Assembly (NCBI GenBank): GCA_963707945.1
Contig: CAVPRM010000002.1
Span: 378,862 to 442,861 of the forward strand
Direction: 5' to 3'
DNA length: 64,000 bases
Origin: an uncultured delta proteobacterium
Lineage (GTDB): Bacteria; Myxococcota_A; UBA9160; SZUA-336
Under the pieces are notes generated by a model. It was given only the letters and a program-made list of their open reading frames with translations. It searched no databases and was not told the DNA's origin. A program made the position numbers and the translations under genes. Shown here piece by piece: positions 22,482-34,064 of this stretch. Position 1 is the first letter of the stretch; every line of letters begins with the position of its first letter.

Positions 22482-22857
22482 GCACCAGGATCGGCTTGTC
22501 CCGGTAGAGCGTTCCGCCGTTCAGCATGGCGAAGCTGCCGCCGGCGCGCACTTGTTCCGGCGTGAGCGTCACCAGGGCATAGGCAGCGTGGAAGAACGTT
22601 CCGTACTCGAAGTCCGCGACGGGCAGGGTCGCGCGGCCGTTCGCGTCCGTGGTGGCCTCCGCGTTCTCGGGGCGATTGTAGACGTAGATGTACTGGTAGC
22701 CGTCGTAGCTGTAGCCGACGGAGACCGCCGCATTGGCGACTGGAAGGCCGGTGGCCTGCTCGGTGATCGTGATCGTCGCGGGCAGAGTCTCGTGCCGGAA
22801 CACTGCGACGCAGCCGCAAGAGACGACGGAGCAGACGACGATCAGCGCCGCCCGCAT
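22456..22857 (-). CDS. Small lipoprotein of unknown function, last gene of the trp cluster
   Basis: ATG after GAGGAG. Lipobox LIVVCSVVSC. 133 aa. The start lies 5 bp after the trpA stop. Confidence 0.55.
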   Translation of the reverse strand: MRAALIVVCSVVSCGCVAVFRHETLPATITITEQATGLPVANAAVSVGYSYDGYQYIYVYNRPENAEATTDANGRATLPVADFEYGTFFHAAYALVTLTPEQVRAGGSFAMLNGGTLYRDKPILVLSLERPAR

Positions 22858-22861
22858 GCTC

Positions 22862-23675
22862 CTCACGACTTGCGCACGCTCCGCACTGCGGCCGCGAGCT
22901 CCGCGACGAAGTCGCGCGCGCTGCGGACCGCCGCGTCGCGGTCCGGTGCGGCGCCGATCCGCGACACGAGTGCGCTGCCGACGATCACGCCGTCCGCGAG
23001 CCGGGCCACCGCCGCGGCCTGCGCGGGAGTGGCGACGCCGAAGCCGACGCAGACCGGTGTCGAAGTGACCCTGCGGATCCGGTCCGACCAAGTGCGCGAG
23101 ATCGGCCGGCAGCTCGGTTCGCGCGCCCGTCACACCGGTGACCGAGACGCAGTAGACGAAGCCGCGGCTGCGCGCGGCGATCCGCACGACCCGCAGCGGC
23201 GTGCTCGTGGGCGCGACCAGCAGCACCCGCTGCACACCGTGCTCGTCGCACGCGCGCGAGAGCCCCTCGGTCTCTTCTTGCGGCGAGTCGGGCAGGATCA
23301 AGCCGTCGACCCCTGCTGCGGCGCAGTCCTTGGCGAACTGCTCCTCGCCGTGCGCGAGGACGTTGTTCAGGTAGCCCATCAGGACGAGCGGCACTTCGCT
23401 GACCGTGCGCACGCGCCGCACCAGCTCGAAGATCTGCGCCAGGGTCGTGTGGCGGCGGAGCGCGCGCTGCGACGAGGCCTGGATCGTCGGGCCCTCGCCG
23501 ATCGGATCGCTGTGCGGAAAGCCGAGCTCGATCAGATCGGCGCCGGCCGCCGCGAGCTCGGGGAGGAGCTCGGCTGTCGTCTGCAGGTCGGGATCGCCGG
23601 CGGTGACGAACACGATCAGCGCGGCGCGCTTCTCGGCGCGGCAGCGCGCGAATGCAGCATCGATCCGGCTCACGG
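22862..23675 (-). pseudogene. trpA: Tryptophan synthase alpha chain, with a frameshift at ~23085
   Basis: [27 protein letters not shown]...ELGFPHSDP...[13 protein letters not shown]. After ADLAHLV an extra G shifts the frame. The correct continuation [24 protein letters not shown]...VRKS* lies in the +1 frame. Confidence 0.85.
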
Positions 23676-24881
23676 GGATTTCTTCCCGAGCAGCACCTTG
23701 GCCTCCGCCGCGTCCTTGTCGCCGCGCCCGGACAGGTTCACGACGACGACCGCGCCGCGCGGCAGGGTCCGCGCGCGCTGGCGCAGTGCCGCGATCGCGT
23801 GCGCGGACTCGAACGCGGGGATGATGCCCTCGGTGCGCGCGAGCCAGACGAACGAGTCGAGCGCGTCGGCGTCGGTCACGGGCAGGTACTCGGCGCGGCC
23901 GCTGTCCTTGAAGTACGAGTGCTCCGGGCCGACGCCGGGGTAGTCGAGCCCGGCCGAGATCGAGTGGGCCTCGAAGATCTGCCCCTCGTCGTCCTGCAGC
24001 ACGTACGAGAAGCTGCCGTGCAGCACGCCCGGGCTGCCCTCGGTGAGCGACGCGCCCTGGCGCCCGGAGCCGGCGCCCTCCCCGCCCGCTTCCGCGCCGA
24101 GCATACGCACCGCGGTGTCGCCGTAGAACGGCGCGAACAGCCCCAGCGCGTTGCTGCCGCCGCCGACGCACGCGACCAGCAGATCCGGCAGCCGACCCTC
24201 GGCGGCCTGGACCTGCTCGCGCGCCTCCTGGCCGATCACGGACTGCAGCTCGCGCACGAGCAGCGGGTACGGGTGCGGCCCGGCGGTCGAGCCGATCAGG
24301 TAGTAGGTCGAGCGCACGTTCGTGGCCCAGTCGCGCAGCGCCTCGTTCATCGCGTCCTTGAGCGTGCGGCTGCCCGACTTCACGGGGTGGACCTGGGCGC
24401 CGAGGAGCTCCATGCGGAAGACGTTCAGCGCCTGGCGCCGCGTGTCCTCCTCGCCCATGTAGACCTCGCAGTCGAGGCCGTAGCGCGCGCACGCAGTGGC
24501 GGTCGCGACGCCGTGCTGGCCGGCGCCGGTCTCCGCGATCACACGGCGCTTGCCCATGCGCTTGGCGATCAGCGCCTGGCCGATCGCGTTGTTGATCTTG
24601 TGCGAGCCGGTGTGCGCGAGGTCCTCGCGCTTCAAGTACACGCGCACGCCGAGCTCCTGGCTCGCGCGCGCCGCGAAGTAGAGCGGGGTCGGCCGGCCCA
24701 CGTAGTGGCCGCGCTCTCCCGCGAGCTCGCGCCAGAAGCTCGCGTCCTCGCGCAGCACGTCCCAGGCCGCGGCGAGCTCCTCGACCGCGGGCACGAGCGT
24801 CTCGGGCACGTAGCGCCCGCCGAAGCGGCCGAAGCGGCCGTGGGCGTCGGGGCGCGTTCGCACGACCTCGGCGCCCCTCAC
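23670..24881 (-). CDS. trpB: Tryptophan synthase beta chain
   Basis: [16 protein letters not shown], ...HTGSHKINN... and a PLP-dependent fold, ~400 aa. Its frame is continuous with the trpF C-terminus, with no intervening stop (see findings). Confidence 0.9.
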   Translation of the reverse strand: MRGAEVVRTRPDAHGRFGRFGGRYVPETLVPAVEELAAAWDVLREDASFWRELAGERGHYVGRPTPLYFAARASQELGVRVYLKREDLAHTGSHKINNAIGQALIAKRMGKRRVIAETGAGQHGVATATACARYGLDCEVYMGEEDTRRQALNVFRMELLGAQVHPVKSGSRTLKDAMNEALRDWATNVRSTYYLIGSTAGPHPYPLLVRELQSVIGQEAREQVQAAEGRLPDLLVACVGGGSNALGLFAPFYGDTAVRMLGAEAGGEGAGSGRQGASLTEGSPGVLHGSFSYVLQDDEGQIFEAHSISAGLDYPGVGPEHSYFKDSGRAEYLPVTDADALDSFVWLARTEGIIPAFESAHAIAALRQRARTLPRGAVVVVNLSGRGDKDAAEAKVLLGKKSP

Positions 24882-25469
24882 GGCCGCGACGAACGCGGCG
24901 AGCTTCGCGCGGTCCTTGCGGCCCGGCGCGGACTCGAGGCTCGACGCCACGTCGACACCGTATGGCGACGCCGCGCGGATCGCGGCGGCGACGTTCGTCG
25001 GGTCGAGCCCGCCGCTGATCCACACGCGCCGGCCGCTCGCGATGAGCCCGCGCGCGAGACCGAAGTCCCACGGGCGTGCCACTGCCCCCGCCCTTCGGGT
25101 GATCGAGCAGGAGCTCAAGGCCCGGGTAGCGCGCGGCCTCGCGCTCGGCGCTTGCATCGCCGGCCAGCATCTTCAGCACCGGGAACGGCAGCGCCGCGGC
25201 GTACTCGGGCGACTCCTTCCCGTGCAGCTGCACCACGTCGAGCGGGACCTCCGCGGCGATCCGCTCCACCTCGTCGCGCGGCGCGTCCCGGAACACGCCG
25301 ACCCGGACGGCGCGGCCTGCGGCGGCGGCGCTGATCGCGCGCGCGGCAGCGACGTCGATCCGGCGCGGTGAACCCGACACGAAGTTGAGGCCGAGCGCGT
25401 CCGCGCCCGCTGCGATCGCCGCCTCGGCGTCCGCCACGTCGGTGATCCCGCAGATCTTCACCAGCGTCA
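24882..25469 (-). pseudogene. trpF: Phosphoribosylanthranilate isomerase (TrpF), with a frameshift at ~25072
   Basis: The GTG start overlaps the trpC stop (GTGA). VKICGITDVADAEAAIAAGADALGLNF...VQLHGKE. Extra C after GGGSGTP. The C-terminal part [33 protein letters not shown] is in the trpB frame. Confidence 0.8.
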
Positions 25470-26246
25470 CGGCGCACCTCGCATGCGGCGCAGCGCGGCG
25501 GCCGGGTCGGGCTCGCGCATCAGCGCCTCGCCGATCAGGAACGCGGACGCACCCGCGGCCTCGAGCGCGCGCAGCACCTCGGGCGAGTCGAGCCCGCTCT
25601 CCGACACCACCACGCGGCCCGCGGCCAGCGGCAGGAGCGCCCGCGTCACGCCCACGTCGGTCTTGAAGTCGCGCAGGTCGCGGTTGTTGATGCCGATCAG
25701 CTCCGCTCCGCTCGCGAGCGCGCGCTCGAGCTCGGGCTCGTCGTGCACCTCGACCAGCGCGTCGAGCGCGAGCTCGCGCGCGCAGGCAAGGAGCGCGCGG
25801 AGCTGGGCGTCCGAGAGCGCGGCGACGATCAGGAGCGCCGCGTCGGCGCCAGCCGCGCGCGCCTCGACGAGCTGGAGCGGGTCGATCGTGAAGTCCTTGC
25901 GCAGCACCGGCAGGGCGCACGCCGCGCGCGCTCGCTCGAGATCGGCGAGCGCGCCGCGGAAGAACTGCGCGTCCGTGAGGACCGAGAGCGCCGCCGCGCC
26001 CGCGCCGGCGTAGGCCCGCGCGATCTCGGCCGCGTCCGCGCCGGGGCGGATCTCGCCCTTCGACGGCGAGGCGCGCTTGAACTCTGCGATCACGCGCGGG
26101 CGTGTTGCTGACTTCAAGGCCCGCGCGAAGCCGCGCGGCGCATCCGCTCGAGCCGCTCGCGCGCGCAGCTCCGCCTCGCCGACGCCGCGGCGCAGCGCCA
26201 CGACCTCGTCGCGCTTCACCGCGAGAATCTTCTCGAGCACGCTCAT
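25467..26246 (-). CDS. trpC: Indole-3-glycerol phosphate synthase
   Basis: [40 protein letters not shown], 259 aa. ATGA overlap with the trpD stop. Confidence 0.9.
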   Translation of the reverse strand: MSVLEKILAVKRDEVVALRRGVGEAELRARAARADAPRGFARALKSATRPRVIAEFKRASPSKGEIRPGADAAEIARAYAGAGAAALSVLTDAQFFRGALADLERARAACALPVLRKDFTIDPLQLVEARAAGADAALLIVAALSDAQLRALLACARELALDALVEVHDEPELERALASGAELIGINNRDLRDFKTDVGVTRALLPLAAGRVVVSESGLDSPEVLRALEAAGASAFLIGEALMREPDPAAALRRMRGAP

Positions 26247-27252
26247 GCCGCGGCCTTCGTGAACGCGACCAGCTGCTCGAGCACCGCCCGTGCGCGGCCG
26301 CTCGCGAGGCTCTCCGCCGCGAGCTTCGCGCCGTCGGCGAGCGTGCGCACGCGTTCGGCCGCGCAGAGCGCCGCCGCCGCGTTCAGTAGCACGGCGTCGC
26401 GCTTGGGTCCTGGCTCGTTGGCCAGCACCGATCGCGCCAGCCGCGCGTTCTCCGCCGGATCCCCGCCCGTCAGGGCCGCGCGCTCGGCGCGCGGGAACAG
26501 CTCGCCCGGAGCGACCCGCAGCTCCTCGCGCGCGCCCCCGCCGCGGATCAGGACGCGCGTCGGCGCCGAGAGCGACAGCTCGTCGAGCCCGTCGTCGGAG
26601 TGGACCACCCAGACCCGTTCGGCTCCCAGCGCGAGCAGCGCCTCGGCCATCGGCTCGAGCTGCGCGGGATCGGCCACGCCGACGAGCTGGCGCCGCACGC
26701 GCATCGGGTTCGTGAGCGGACCGAGCCGGTTGAAGAGCGTCCGGAAGCCGAGCGCGGCGCGCACGGGCGCGACGCGAGCCATGGCGGGGTGACACGCGCG
26801 CGCGTAAAGGAACCCGAAACCGATCTCGCGGACGGCCTTCGCCATGCGCGCGGGGTCGTCGATCGCGACGCCCAGCGCCTCGAGCACCTCGGCGCTGCCG
26901 CAGCGGCTCGAGGCCGCGCGGTTGCCGTGCTTCGCGACCGGGACGCCCGCGCCCGCCACGACGAGGCCCGCGAGGGTCGAGATGTTGACGGTGTGCGCGC
27001 CGTCGCCGCCGGTGCCGCAGGTGTCGATCGCGCCGGCTGGCGCCTCCGGCAGCGGCAGCGCCAGCTCGCGCTGCGCCTGGGCGGCGCCGATCAGCTCGTC
27101 CAGCGACTCGCCGCGCGTGCGCAGCGCGGTGAGCAGCCCCGCGATCTCGACGTCCTGCGCCTCGGGCGCGACCAGCGCGTGGACGAGGCGCCGCATCTCG
27201 TCGCGTTCGAAGCGCTCCCCGGCAACCGCGCGTGCGAGCGCCTCGCGCAGCA

Positions 27253-27256
<4 letters not shown>
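26243..27256 (-). CDS. trpD: Anthranilate phosphoribosyltransferase
   Basis: ...[17 protein letters not shown]...[18 protein letters not shown]..., 337 aa. GTGATG overlap with the trpG stop. Confidence 0.9.
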
Positions 27257-27842
<586 letters not shown>

Positions 27843-27846
<4 letters not shown>

Positions 27847-29333
27847 CGCGCGGTCCCCGCGAGCGTGATGGCGCGCAGGAGCGCCCCGGCCTTGTGCAGC
27901 GTCTCCTGGAACTCCTTCTCGGGCTCGGAGTCCGCGACGATCCCGCCGCCCGCCTGCACGTAGAGCTTGCCGTCCTTAGCGAGGAGGGTGCGCAGGGCGA
28001 TGCAGGTGTCCATGTTGCCGTGGTAGTCGAAGTAACCCACGCAGCCCGCGTAGAGTCCGCGCCGCTCGGGCTCGACCTCCTCGATCACCTCCATCGCGCG
28101 CACCTTCGGCGCGCCCGAGACGGTGCCCGCGGGGAAGGTGGCGCGCAGCAGGTCGACGGCGTCCTTGTCGGGGCGGATCCTCCCGCGCACGTTCGAGACG
28201 ATGTGCATCACGTGCGAGTAGCGCTCGATCACCTCGAACTCGTCGACGACGACGCTGCCGATCTCCGCGACCCGGCCAACGTCGTTGCGGCCCAGGTCCA
28301 CCAGCATCACGTGCTCGGCCAGCTCCTTCGGATCGGCGAGCAGGCGCTTCTCGATCTCGCGGTCCTCTTCCGGTGTCGCGCCGCGGGGCGCGGTACCGGC
28401 GAGCGGGCGCAGCTCGATCACGCCGTCGGTCAGCCGCACGTGGATCTCCGGCGACGAGCCCAGCACCACGTGGCCGCCGCAGCGCATGAAGAACAGGTAC
28501 GGCGACGGGTTCAAGAGCCGCAGCTCGCGATAGATCGAGAGCGGATCGGCGCGTCTCCTGGAGCGTGAAGCGCTGCGACGGCACCACCTGGAAGATGTCG
28601 CCCGCGTGGATGTACTCCTTGCAGCGCTTCACCATCTCGACGAAGCGCTCGCGGGTCACGTTCGAGACGGGCGCGAGCTGGGCCGGGCCGCTGCGCGCCT
28701 CGTGCGGGCGCGGAACGGATGCCCGATCAGCGCCTCGACCCGGTCGAGCTGGCGCAGCCCGCGCTGGTACGCGGCTTCGGCGGACTCGCCCTCGGCGATC
28801 TCGACGTCGTGGATGATCGTCAGCCGCTCGCGCAGCCGGTCGTGCACGAGCACCGTCTCGGGGAAGACGAACCAGCAGTCGGGCACCCCGAGCGGATCGG
28901 GGTTGCGCTCGGGCAGCCGCTCGACGTAGCGCACCCAGTCGTACGACACGTAGCCGACCGCTCCGCCCGCGAAACGCGGCAGGTCGGGCAGCGGCGCGGG
29001 GCGCAGCTCGGCGAGCAGCTTTCGCAGGAGGTCGAGCGGATCCTGGCTGCGGTCCGCCGCCAGCACGTGCGTCTCGCGCGCGGCGCCGCGGCTGATCTCG
29101 ACCTTCCCGCCGCGCGCCTCGAATACGGCGCGCGCGCCGAGGCCGATGAAGCTGTAGCGGCCCCAGTGCTCGCCGCCTTCGTTCGACTCGAACAGGAAGG
29201 CGTGGCGGCGGTCGTCGACCTTCAGGAAGATCGCCAGGGCGGTATCGAGGTCGGCTACGACCTCGCGGACGAGCGGGACGGCGCGCGCACGAGAAGCCAG
29301 CTGTCTGAAGCTCTCGAGGTCCGGGCGGACCAT
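27843..29333 (-). pseudogene. trpE: Anthranilate synthase component I (TrpE), with two frameshifts at ~28542 and ~28710
   Basis: Three collinear ORF pieces. The N-terminal piece is MVRPDLESFRQLA...DVEIAEGESAEAAY. The middle piece is [31 protein letters not shown]. The C-terminal piece is [13 protein letters not shown]...[12 protein letters not shown]...[13 protein letters not shown]...YAGCVGYF. An extra C is visible at ...[26 protein letters not shown]. Confidence 0.85.
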
Positions 29334-29407
29334 GGCGACACCGCCTTCATGGCGCCGGAATTTCTCACAGGGCCGGCGGCTCGTCAAATCTCCGGTGGAC
29401 CCGGAGC

Positions 29408-31936
29408 TCAGAAATACGCGCGCTCCCGGGTCCGCTTGCGCCGGTCGAGGTCGCTGGCGTTGGAGCGATCGCCCAACCCGGTCAGCCGAAACTGCACCTT
29501 CACGCTCTTGTCGTTCGTGCGCGCGGCCTGCTCGAACTCGGTGAGCAGGTCCCAGCACTTGCACGTCGAGATGAGCACGGTGCCGATCCGGCCGCCGCTA
29601 GAGCCGTCGCCTTCGAGCGAGCGGAAGCCCTCGGCGAACAGCTCCAGCCAGCGGGTGGCGACGATGTACGTCGCCAGGTCGATCTGGTTCACCTTGTCGC
29701 TGCTCTTGTTGCCCGCGTCGAACTCGCTGCCGCGCGCGAGGAAGCCCTCGAAGATCGGACCGGGGTTGCGGTTGTAGTGGTAGCCGACGCGGAACTGGTG
29801 GCCTTCCTCGGACTGCCAGCCGAACGACGCGCGCATGTCCTCCAGGTGGTGCTCCTCGGGATTCCAGCCGCCGTCGAGCGACACGTCGATCTCCTGCGAC
29901 GGGTTGAAGTCGAGCAGCGCGAACAGTCGCGTGAACGCCTGCGCGTGGAAGTCGTAGCCGCTGCCGACCGTGAGCTCGCCGTAGCGGCGCGCCGGCGCGC
30001 CCTCGTTGCGCGACGGGCCGTAGAGCATGTTGGCGAGCTGGAGCTGCAGGAGCGAGGCGTCCTTCACGCGGTCGGTCGGGTCGTCGACGACCAGCCGGAT
30101 GTCGCCGTCGATCAGCCGCGGCTCGACCTTCGCCGGCGCCGGGATGAACAGCGGGTTGTCGGTCTGGTTCGGCGCGAACACCGCCGCGTAGCGCACGCGC
30201 GGCTCGATGATGTGCTCGAGCGGCAGCGTGCCGATCGCGTAGCGCCGGCCGAAGCGGGTGCGGAGGTCGCCGCGCGCGGTGTAGAGCGTGCGCGTCTTGT
30301 TCGAGGCGAAGTTCGGGAAATAGAGCGTCTCGCGGAGACCGCCTTCCGCGAGCGCCTCGAAGATCCCGAACTGCGCCGGCAGGCTGAGCTTGGGGAAGAA
30401 GTCGAGACGGTTTCCGGAGTCCGCGAGCAGCTCGCCCTCCTGGAAGGCGCCGTCCCCCTCGGTCTGCGTGACCGAGGCGGGATTGTTCGCGTCGTCCAGG
30501 TTCGGGTCGATCACCTTGTTCGGAGAGTTCGGGTCGTTCGGGTCGACCGGGTGCGGATTGTTCGGATCGCGGAACCGGCCGTCGGCGTCGGGCTCGCCGT
30601 AGGTGAAGCGGCCGTCGGCGCCCGTGTCGTAGAACTGCTCGTTCACGGGCGGGAGCCCGAACACCTGGCTGTGGTTCGCCGAGAACTGGACGAAGTTCGT
30701 GTAGCGGGTCGAGATGCCCGCGCGGATCGGGATGCCGAAGAACGAGCGCGGCAGGCTCGAGGCGCGCAGGTCCGGCAGGCGCTGCAGGAAGAAGCCGTCG
30801 CGGTCCAGGTCGTTCGGGTTCTGGATGTCGTTGTTCACCGACACGAGCCCGCTCGCGGCGTAGCCGTTGCGGGCGCCGGTCACCCAGGCGGCCGACTCGA
30901 CCATGCGCTGGTGCTGGGTGTCGTTGCCGAGCAGGTCGGTGAAGTCGAACACGATGTCGTTGTCGCTGATCTGCGCCGCGTCGACACCGAACTGCGCGCC
31001 CGAGAAGAGCTCCTGCTGATGGCGCAGCCAGTACGCCCATCGGTTGTCGCTGAAGAAGTCGTCGGTGCTGTCGTGCACCTTCCTGTCGCTGGGCAGCCCG
31101 AACGCGCCGCCCTTGCCGCCGCCCGTCTCGCCGTTCACGTACTCGAGCCGGGTCGTCCCCGCCATTCCGCGGCGGCCGATCCACTCCGGTGTCAGCGTCA
31201 GGTTGATCTCTTCGCGCGGCGCCCAGAAGAACGGCAGCGCGATCTCGGTGCCGTTGCGGCTGGACTGGGTGAACGACGGGATCAGGAACCCGGACTGCCG
31301 CTCCGTCTTCACCGGGAAGATGAGCCATGGCACGTACAGGACCGGGACGTCGAGCACCTTGAACCAAAGGTCCTTGCCGACCGCGTAGCCGCCGACCTCG
31401 ACGCTCGCCTCCTTGGCGTCGATCTCCCACGGTCGCCGCTCGGCGTCGGGCGGGCAGCGGCAGGTGGTGAAGTTGCCGCGCTCGATCTGGAAGGTGTCCA
31501 CGCCGGTGCGCTCGATCACCTCGCCGTTCACGAGGAATCCCGGCACCGGGTTGTCCATCGAGCCCTGCAGCGCGACCGAGACCGCGGAGCGCAGATCGAC
31601 CGCGACGAACTGCGCCCGCACGGTGTTCTGCGCGCCACTCACCACCACGTCGCCGGAGGCGACGCCGGTGCGCGTCGAGCCATTGAACACGAGCCAATCC
31701 GCGGTGAGTACGCGCCCGTCCACCTGCACGATCTTCACGTTGCCCGTCGCCTCGTACAGATCCCGCTCGCTGTCGTAGTTCACCTGGTCGGCGGTGAGCG
31801 TGAAATCCGGCGGCGGGGGCACAGCCTCGGCGGGCGGCGGCGGCTTCGTCGGCTCGGCATCCTGCGCGCGCACAGAGTGCGCGCCTGCGGCGAGCAGCAC
31901 TGCGCTCGCGGCGAGGAGCGCTGCGAAGCGACGCAT
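29408..31936 (-). CDS. lptD: LPS-assembly protein LptD (OstA/Imp)
   Basis: 842 aa with a signal peptide, an OstA N-terminal domain, a large beta-barrel and the C-terminal ...STCKCWD cysteine pair typical of LptD. Confidence 0.85.
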   Translation of the reverse strand: MRRFAALLAASAVLLAAGAHSVRAQDAEPTKPPPPAEAVPPPPDFTLTADQVNYDSERDLYEATGNVKIVQVDGRVLTADWLVFNGSTRTGVASGDVVVSGAQNTVRAQFVAVDLRSAVSVALQGSMDNPVPGFLVNGEVIERTGVDTFQIERGNFTTCRCPPDAERRPWEIDAKEASVEVGGYAVGKDLWFKVLDVPVLYVPWLIFPVKTERQSGFLIPSFTQSSRNGTEIALPFFWAPREEINLTLTPEWIGRRGMAGTTRLEYVNGETGGGKGGAFGLPSDRKVHDSTDDFFSDNRWAYWLRHQQELFSGAQFGVDAAQISDNDIVFDFTDLLGNDTQHQRMVESAAWVTGARNGYAASGLVSVNNDIQNPNDLDRDGFFLQRLPDLRASSLPRSFFGIPIRAGISTRYTNFVQFSANHSQVFGLPPVNEQFYDTGADGRFTYGEPDADGRFRDPNNPHPVDPNDPNSPNKVIDPNLDDANNPASVTQTEGDGAFQEGELLADSGNRLDFFPKLSLPAQFGIFEALAEGGLRETLYFPNFASNKTRTLYTARGDLRTRFGRRYAIGTLPLEHIIEPRVRYAAVFAPNQTDNPLFIPAPAKVEPRLIDGDIRLVVDDPTDRVKDASLLQLQLANMLYGPSRNEGAPARRYGELTVGSGYDFHAQAFTRLFALLDFNPSQEIDVSLDGGWNPEEHHLEDMRASFGWQSEEGHQFRVGYHYNRNPGPIFEGFLARGSEFDAGNKSSDKVNQIDLATYIVATRWLELFAEGFRSLEGDGSSGGRIGTVLISTCKCWDLLTEFEQAARTNDKSVKVQFRLTGLGDRSNASDLDRRKRTRERAYF

Positions 31937-31986
31937 CGGGCACTTCTACCCCGCATGGTCGGGGGAGGCAAGCCGAGAGCGCGGAG

Positions 31987-32610
31987 CTACGCGGGCTTCT
32001 GAGAGACCGACGCGAGCTCGTCGGGTTCGAGCACGGTCAGCTGGTCGTCGACCAGGCCGATCAGGCGGCGGTCGAGCAGCTCCTGCAGACACAGGTACGC
32101 CTGGCGGATCGGCAGGTGCGAGGCCGCGGCCAGGTCCATCAGACGTCCGCGCACGGGGGTCGGGACCTCGCCGGGAATCCGGCGGGCGAGGATCGCGCGC
32201 GCGAGCGCAGCCAGGGTCCGCGCGTCCTGGCGCGCAGTCGCTCGAGCGGGCTCGGGCTCGGCGGCTTCGGCCACGACCTCTTCGCGCGCGTGGCTCACGC
32301 GCTCGGCCAGGAGCTGGATCAGCCGGAACGAGAACTCGGCATTCTCGCGCACCAGCACGTTGAGCAGCGAAACGTCGAGCGCGAGGACGCTGGTGTCGCC
32401 TTCCGCTTCGGCGCGCACCGGCGACGGGCGTCCCAGGATGGCGGGCGCCTCGCCGAACATGTCGCCCGGACCGAGCAGGTACGGAGCCTGGCCCTCGGCC
32501 ACGTGCACCAGCACGTTTCCGCTGCGCACCACGTAGAGAACGCGCGCGCGGGCGCCGCGCTCCACGATGGTCTGTCCCTTCGTGAAACGCTGCTCGATGT
32601 CTTCGGTTTT
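31987..32610 (-). CDS. Crp/Fnr-family protein: cyclic-nucleotide-binding domain plus a C-terminal HTH-like segment
   Basis: cNMP-binding beta-roll (VVRSGNVLVHVAEG...LLGPGDMFGE). C-terminal RLMDLAAASHLPIRQAYLCLQELLDRRLIGLVDDQLTVLE resembles a CRP-type HTH. Confidence 0.65.
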   Translation of the reverse strand, partial: KTEDIEQRFTKGQTIVERGARARVLYVVRSGNVLVHVAEGQAPYLLGPGDMFGEAPAILGRPSPVRAEAEGDTSVLALDVSLLNVLVRENAEFSFRLIQLLAERVSHAREEVVAEAAEPEPARATARQDARTLAALARAILARRIPGEVPTPVRGRLMDLAAASHLPIRQAYLCLQELLDRRLIGLVDDQLTVLEPDELASVSQKPA

Positions 32611-32680
32611 CATCGTCGCTCGGGCCTGACCCAGACGGGGCCTTCCCGAGCGAATCGACCTGCCGCCGCGTGGCCTTGAG

Positions 32681-33169
32681 CTAGTTGCCCGCGTGTCGGG
32701 CCAGCACCGCCCGCAGCTCGGCGCGATCGTGGAAGCCGGACGCGAGCCGCTCGAGCACCTGCCCGTCGCCCCCGAGCACGACGTGAAACGGAAAAGCGTC
32801 GGCCCCGTAGGCGGTGGCGAGCGCCGTATCCCCCAGCGCCACCGGGTACTGCACGCCCTTCTGGCCAACCCACTCGGCCAGGGCTTCGAGCGTGAGCCCG
32901 TCGACCGAGATGGCGAGAACGCGCGCGCCCGAGCCCGCGAGGTCCTGCGAGACCGCGTTCAGCTCGGGAATCTCGAGCAGACAGGGCGGACACCAGGTGG
33001 CCCAGAAGTCCACCAGCACCGTCTGCCCGTGCAGCGACGCGAGCGTGACCCGGCCACCGCCCACCAGCGGCAGATCGAACGGCGGCGCGGGCTCGGCGGG
33101 AGGCGGCTTGGCTTCGCCGCCGCAGCACACCGCCGCGAACGCGGCGAAGCACAGCGCCGCACGCTTCAC
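32681..33169 (-). CDS. TlpA/ResA-like periplasmic thiol-disulfide oxidoreductase (thioredoxin fold), lipoprotein
   Basis: WATWCPPC active site. N-terminal LCFAAFAAVCCGG lipoprotein-like signal. Confidence 0.8.
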   Translation of the reverse strand: MKRAALCFAAFAAVCCGGEAKPPPAEPAPPFDLPLVGGGRVTLASLHGQTVLVDFWATWCPPCLLEIPELNAVSQDLAGSGARVLAISVDGLTLEALAEWVGQKGVQYPVALGDTALATAYGADAFPFHVVLGGDGQVLERLASGFHDRAELRAVLARHAGN

Positions 33170-33191
33170 GCGCAAGAACGAGGCTCGGGCT

Positions 33192-33596
33192 CTACCAGTC
33201 GCTGTCGTTCGAGGCGGTCTTGTCCAATGCGCCCTCGTGTCCAACGAACTCTAGCGGTTGGTTGAACGTGAGGTGCTCGGGCGTGACGATGTAGTCGCCG
33301 CGCACCGCGGGCTGGATGATCTCGCGCGAAACGTCGGTGCGGCCGCCGGTGAGCAGGAAGGCCAGCCCGCCGGTCAGCGAGCCGAGCGACGCGTAGACCA
33401 CTTTCGCCGGTCCGTAGACGAGACTGCAGAGAACGGATCCGACCCCCAGCCCGTACTGCATCATGATGTTCCGCTCGGGTGCGTCCTCGGCACGCGCCGA
33501 GAGCGGCGCCCCGACGACGGAGGCGCACACGAGTGTCACTGCGAGCAGACGAAGCGAAGAGCGAACCAACATCTGAAATACCCCCCGGTGTTTCAT
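33192..33596 (-). CDS. Hypothetical small secreted or membrane protein
   Basis: 134 aa with an N-terminal signal/TM (LLAVTLVCASVVGAPLSARA) and a second hydrophobic segment; no motif recognised. Confidence 0.35.
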   Translation of the reverse strand: MKHRGVFQMLVRSSLRLLAVTLVCASVVGAPLSARAEDAPERNIMMQYGLGVGSVLCSLVYGPAKVVYASLGSLTGGLAFLLTGGRTDVSREIIQPAVRGDYIVTPEHLTFNQPLEFVGHEGALDKTASNDSDW

Positions 33597-33611
33597 GGAA
33601 AGCGAAAGGTC

Positions 33612-34064
33612 CTAAAAAAGACGCCGAGTGTCGAGGAGGAGGGTCACCGGGCCCTCGTTGACCAGCTCGAGCTCCATCTCCGCGCGAAACCGCCCTGTGA
33701 CGACGGACACACCGAGCGCCCGAGCACGTGCGGCGACGGACTCGACCAACGGCTCGGCCTCCTCGGGCGGGGCCGCTTCGCTCCAGCTCGGGCGGCGCCC
33801 CTTCCGGCAGTCGCCCAGCAGGGTGAACTGCGAGACGACCCCCAGCGCGAGGCCCGCTTCGGAGAGCGAGCGGTTCATCACCCCGTCCGCGTCGGGGAAG
33901 ACCCGCAGGTGCACCAGCTTCTCGGCGAGTGCATCCGCGTCACTCGCTGTGTCGCCGCGCGCGACTCCGACCAGCGCGAGCAAGCCCGCGCCCATCTCGG
34001 ACACCGTCTCGCCGCCGACCCGGACGCGCGCGCGGCTAATCCGCTGCGCCACCGCCCTCACGGG
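33612..34064 (-). CDS. dtd: D-aminoacyl-tRNA deacylase
   Basis: VRAVAQRISRARVRVGGETVSEMGAGLLALVGV...VVSQFTLLGDCRKGRRPSW..., the Dtd family signature. ~150 aa. Confidence 0.85.
   Translation of the reverse strand, partial: PVRAVAQRISRARVRVGGETVSEMGAGLLALVGVARGDTASDADALAEKLVHLRVFPDADGVMNRSLSEAGLALGVVSQFTLLGDCRKGRRPSWSEAAPPEEAEPLVESVAARARALGVSVVTGRFRAEMELELVNEGPVTLLLDTRRLF

Noticed and set aside
29334-29408. Candidate trp leader peptide, MKAVSPWSARTSRASDSWLLVRAPSRSSARS, upstream of trpE
   Set aside because: It has only two isolated Trp codons (no tandem W-W), overlaps the trpE start out of frame, and has no terminator or antiterminator pair after it. It was judged to be a chance ORF.
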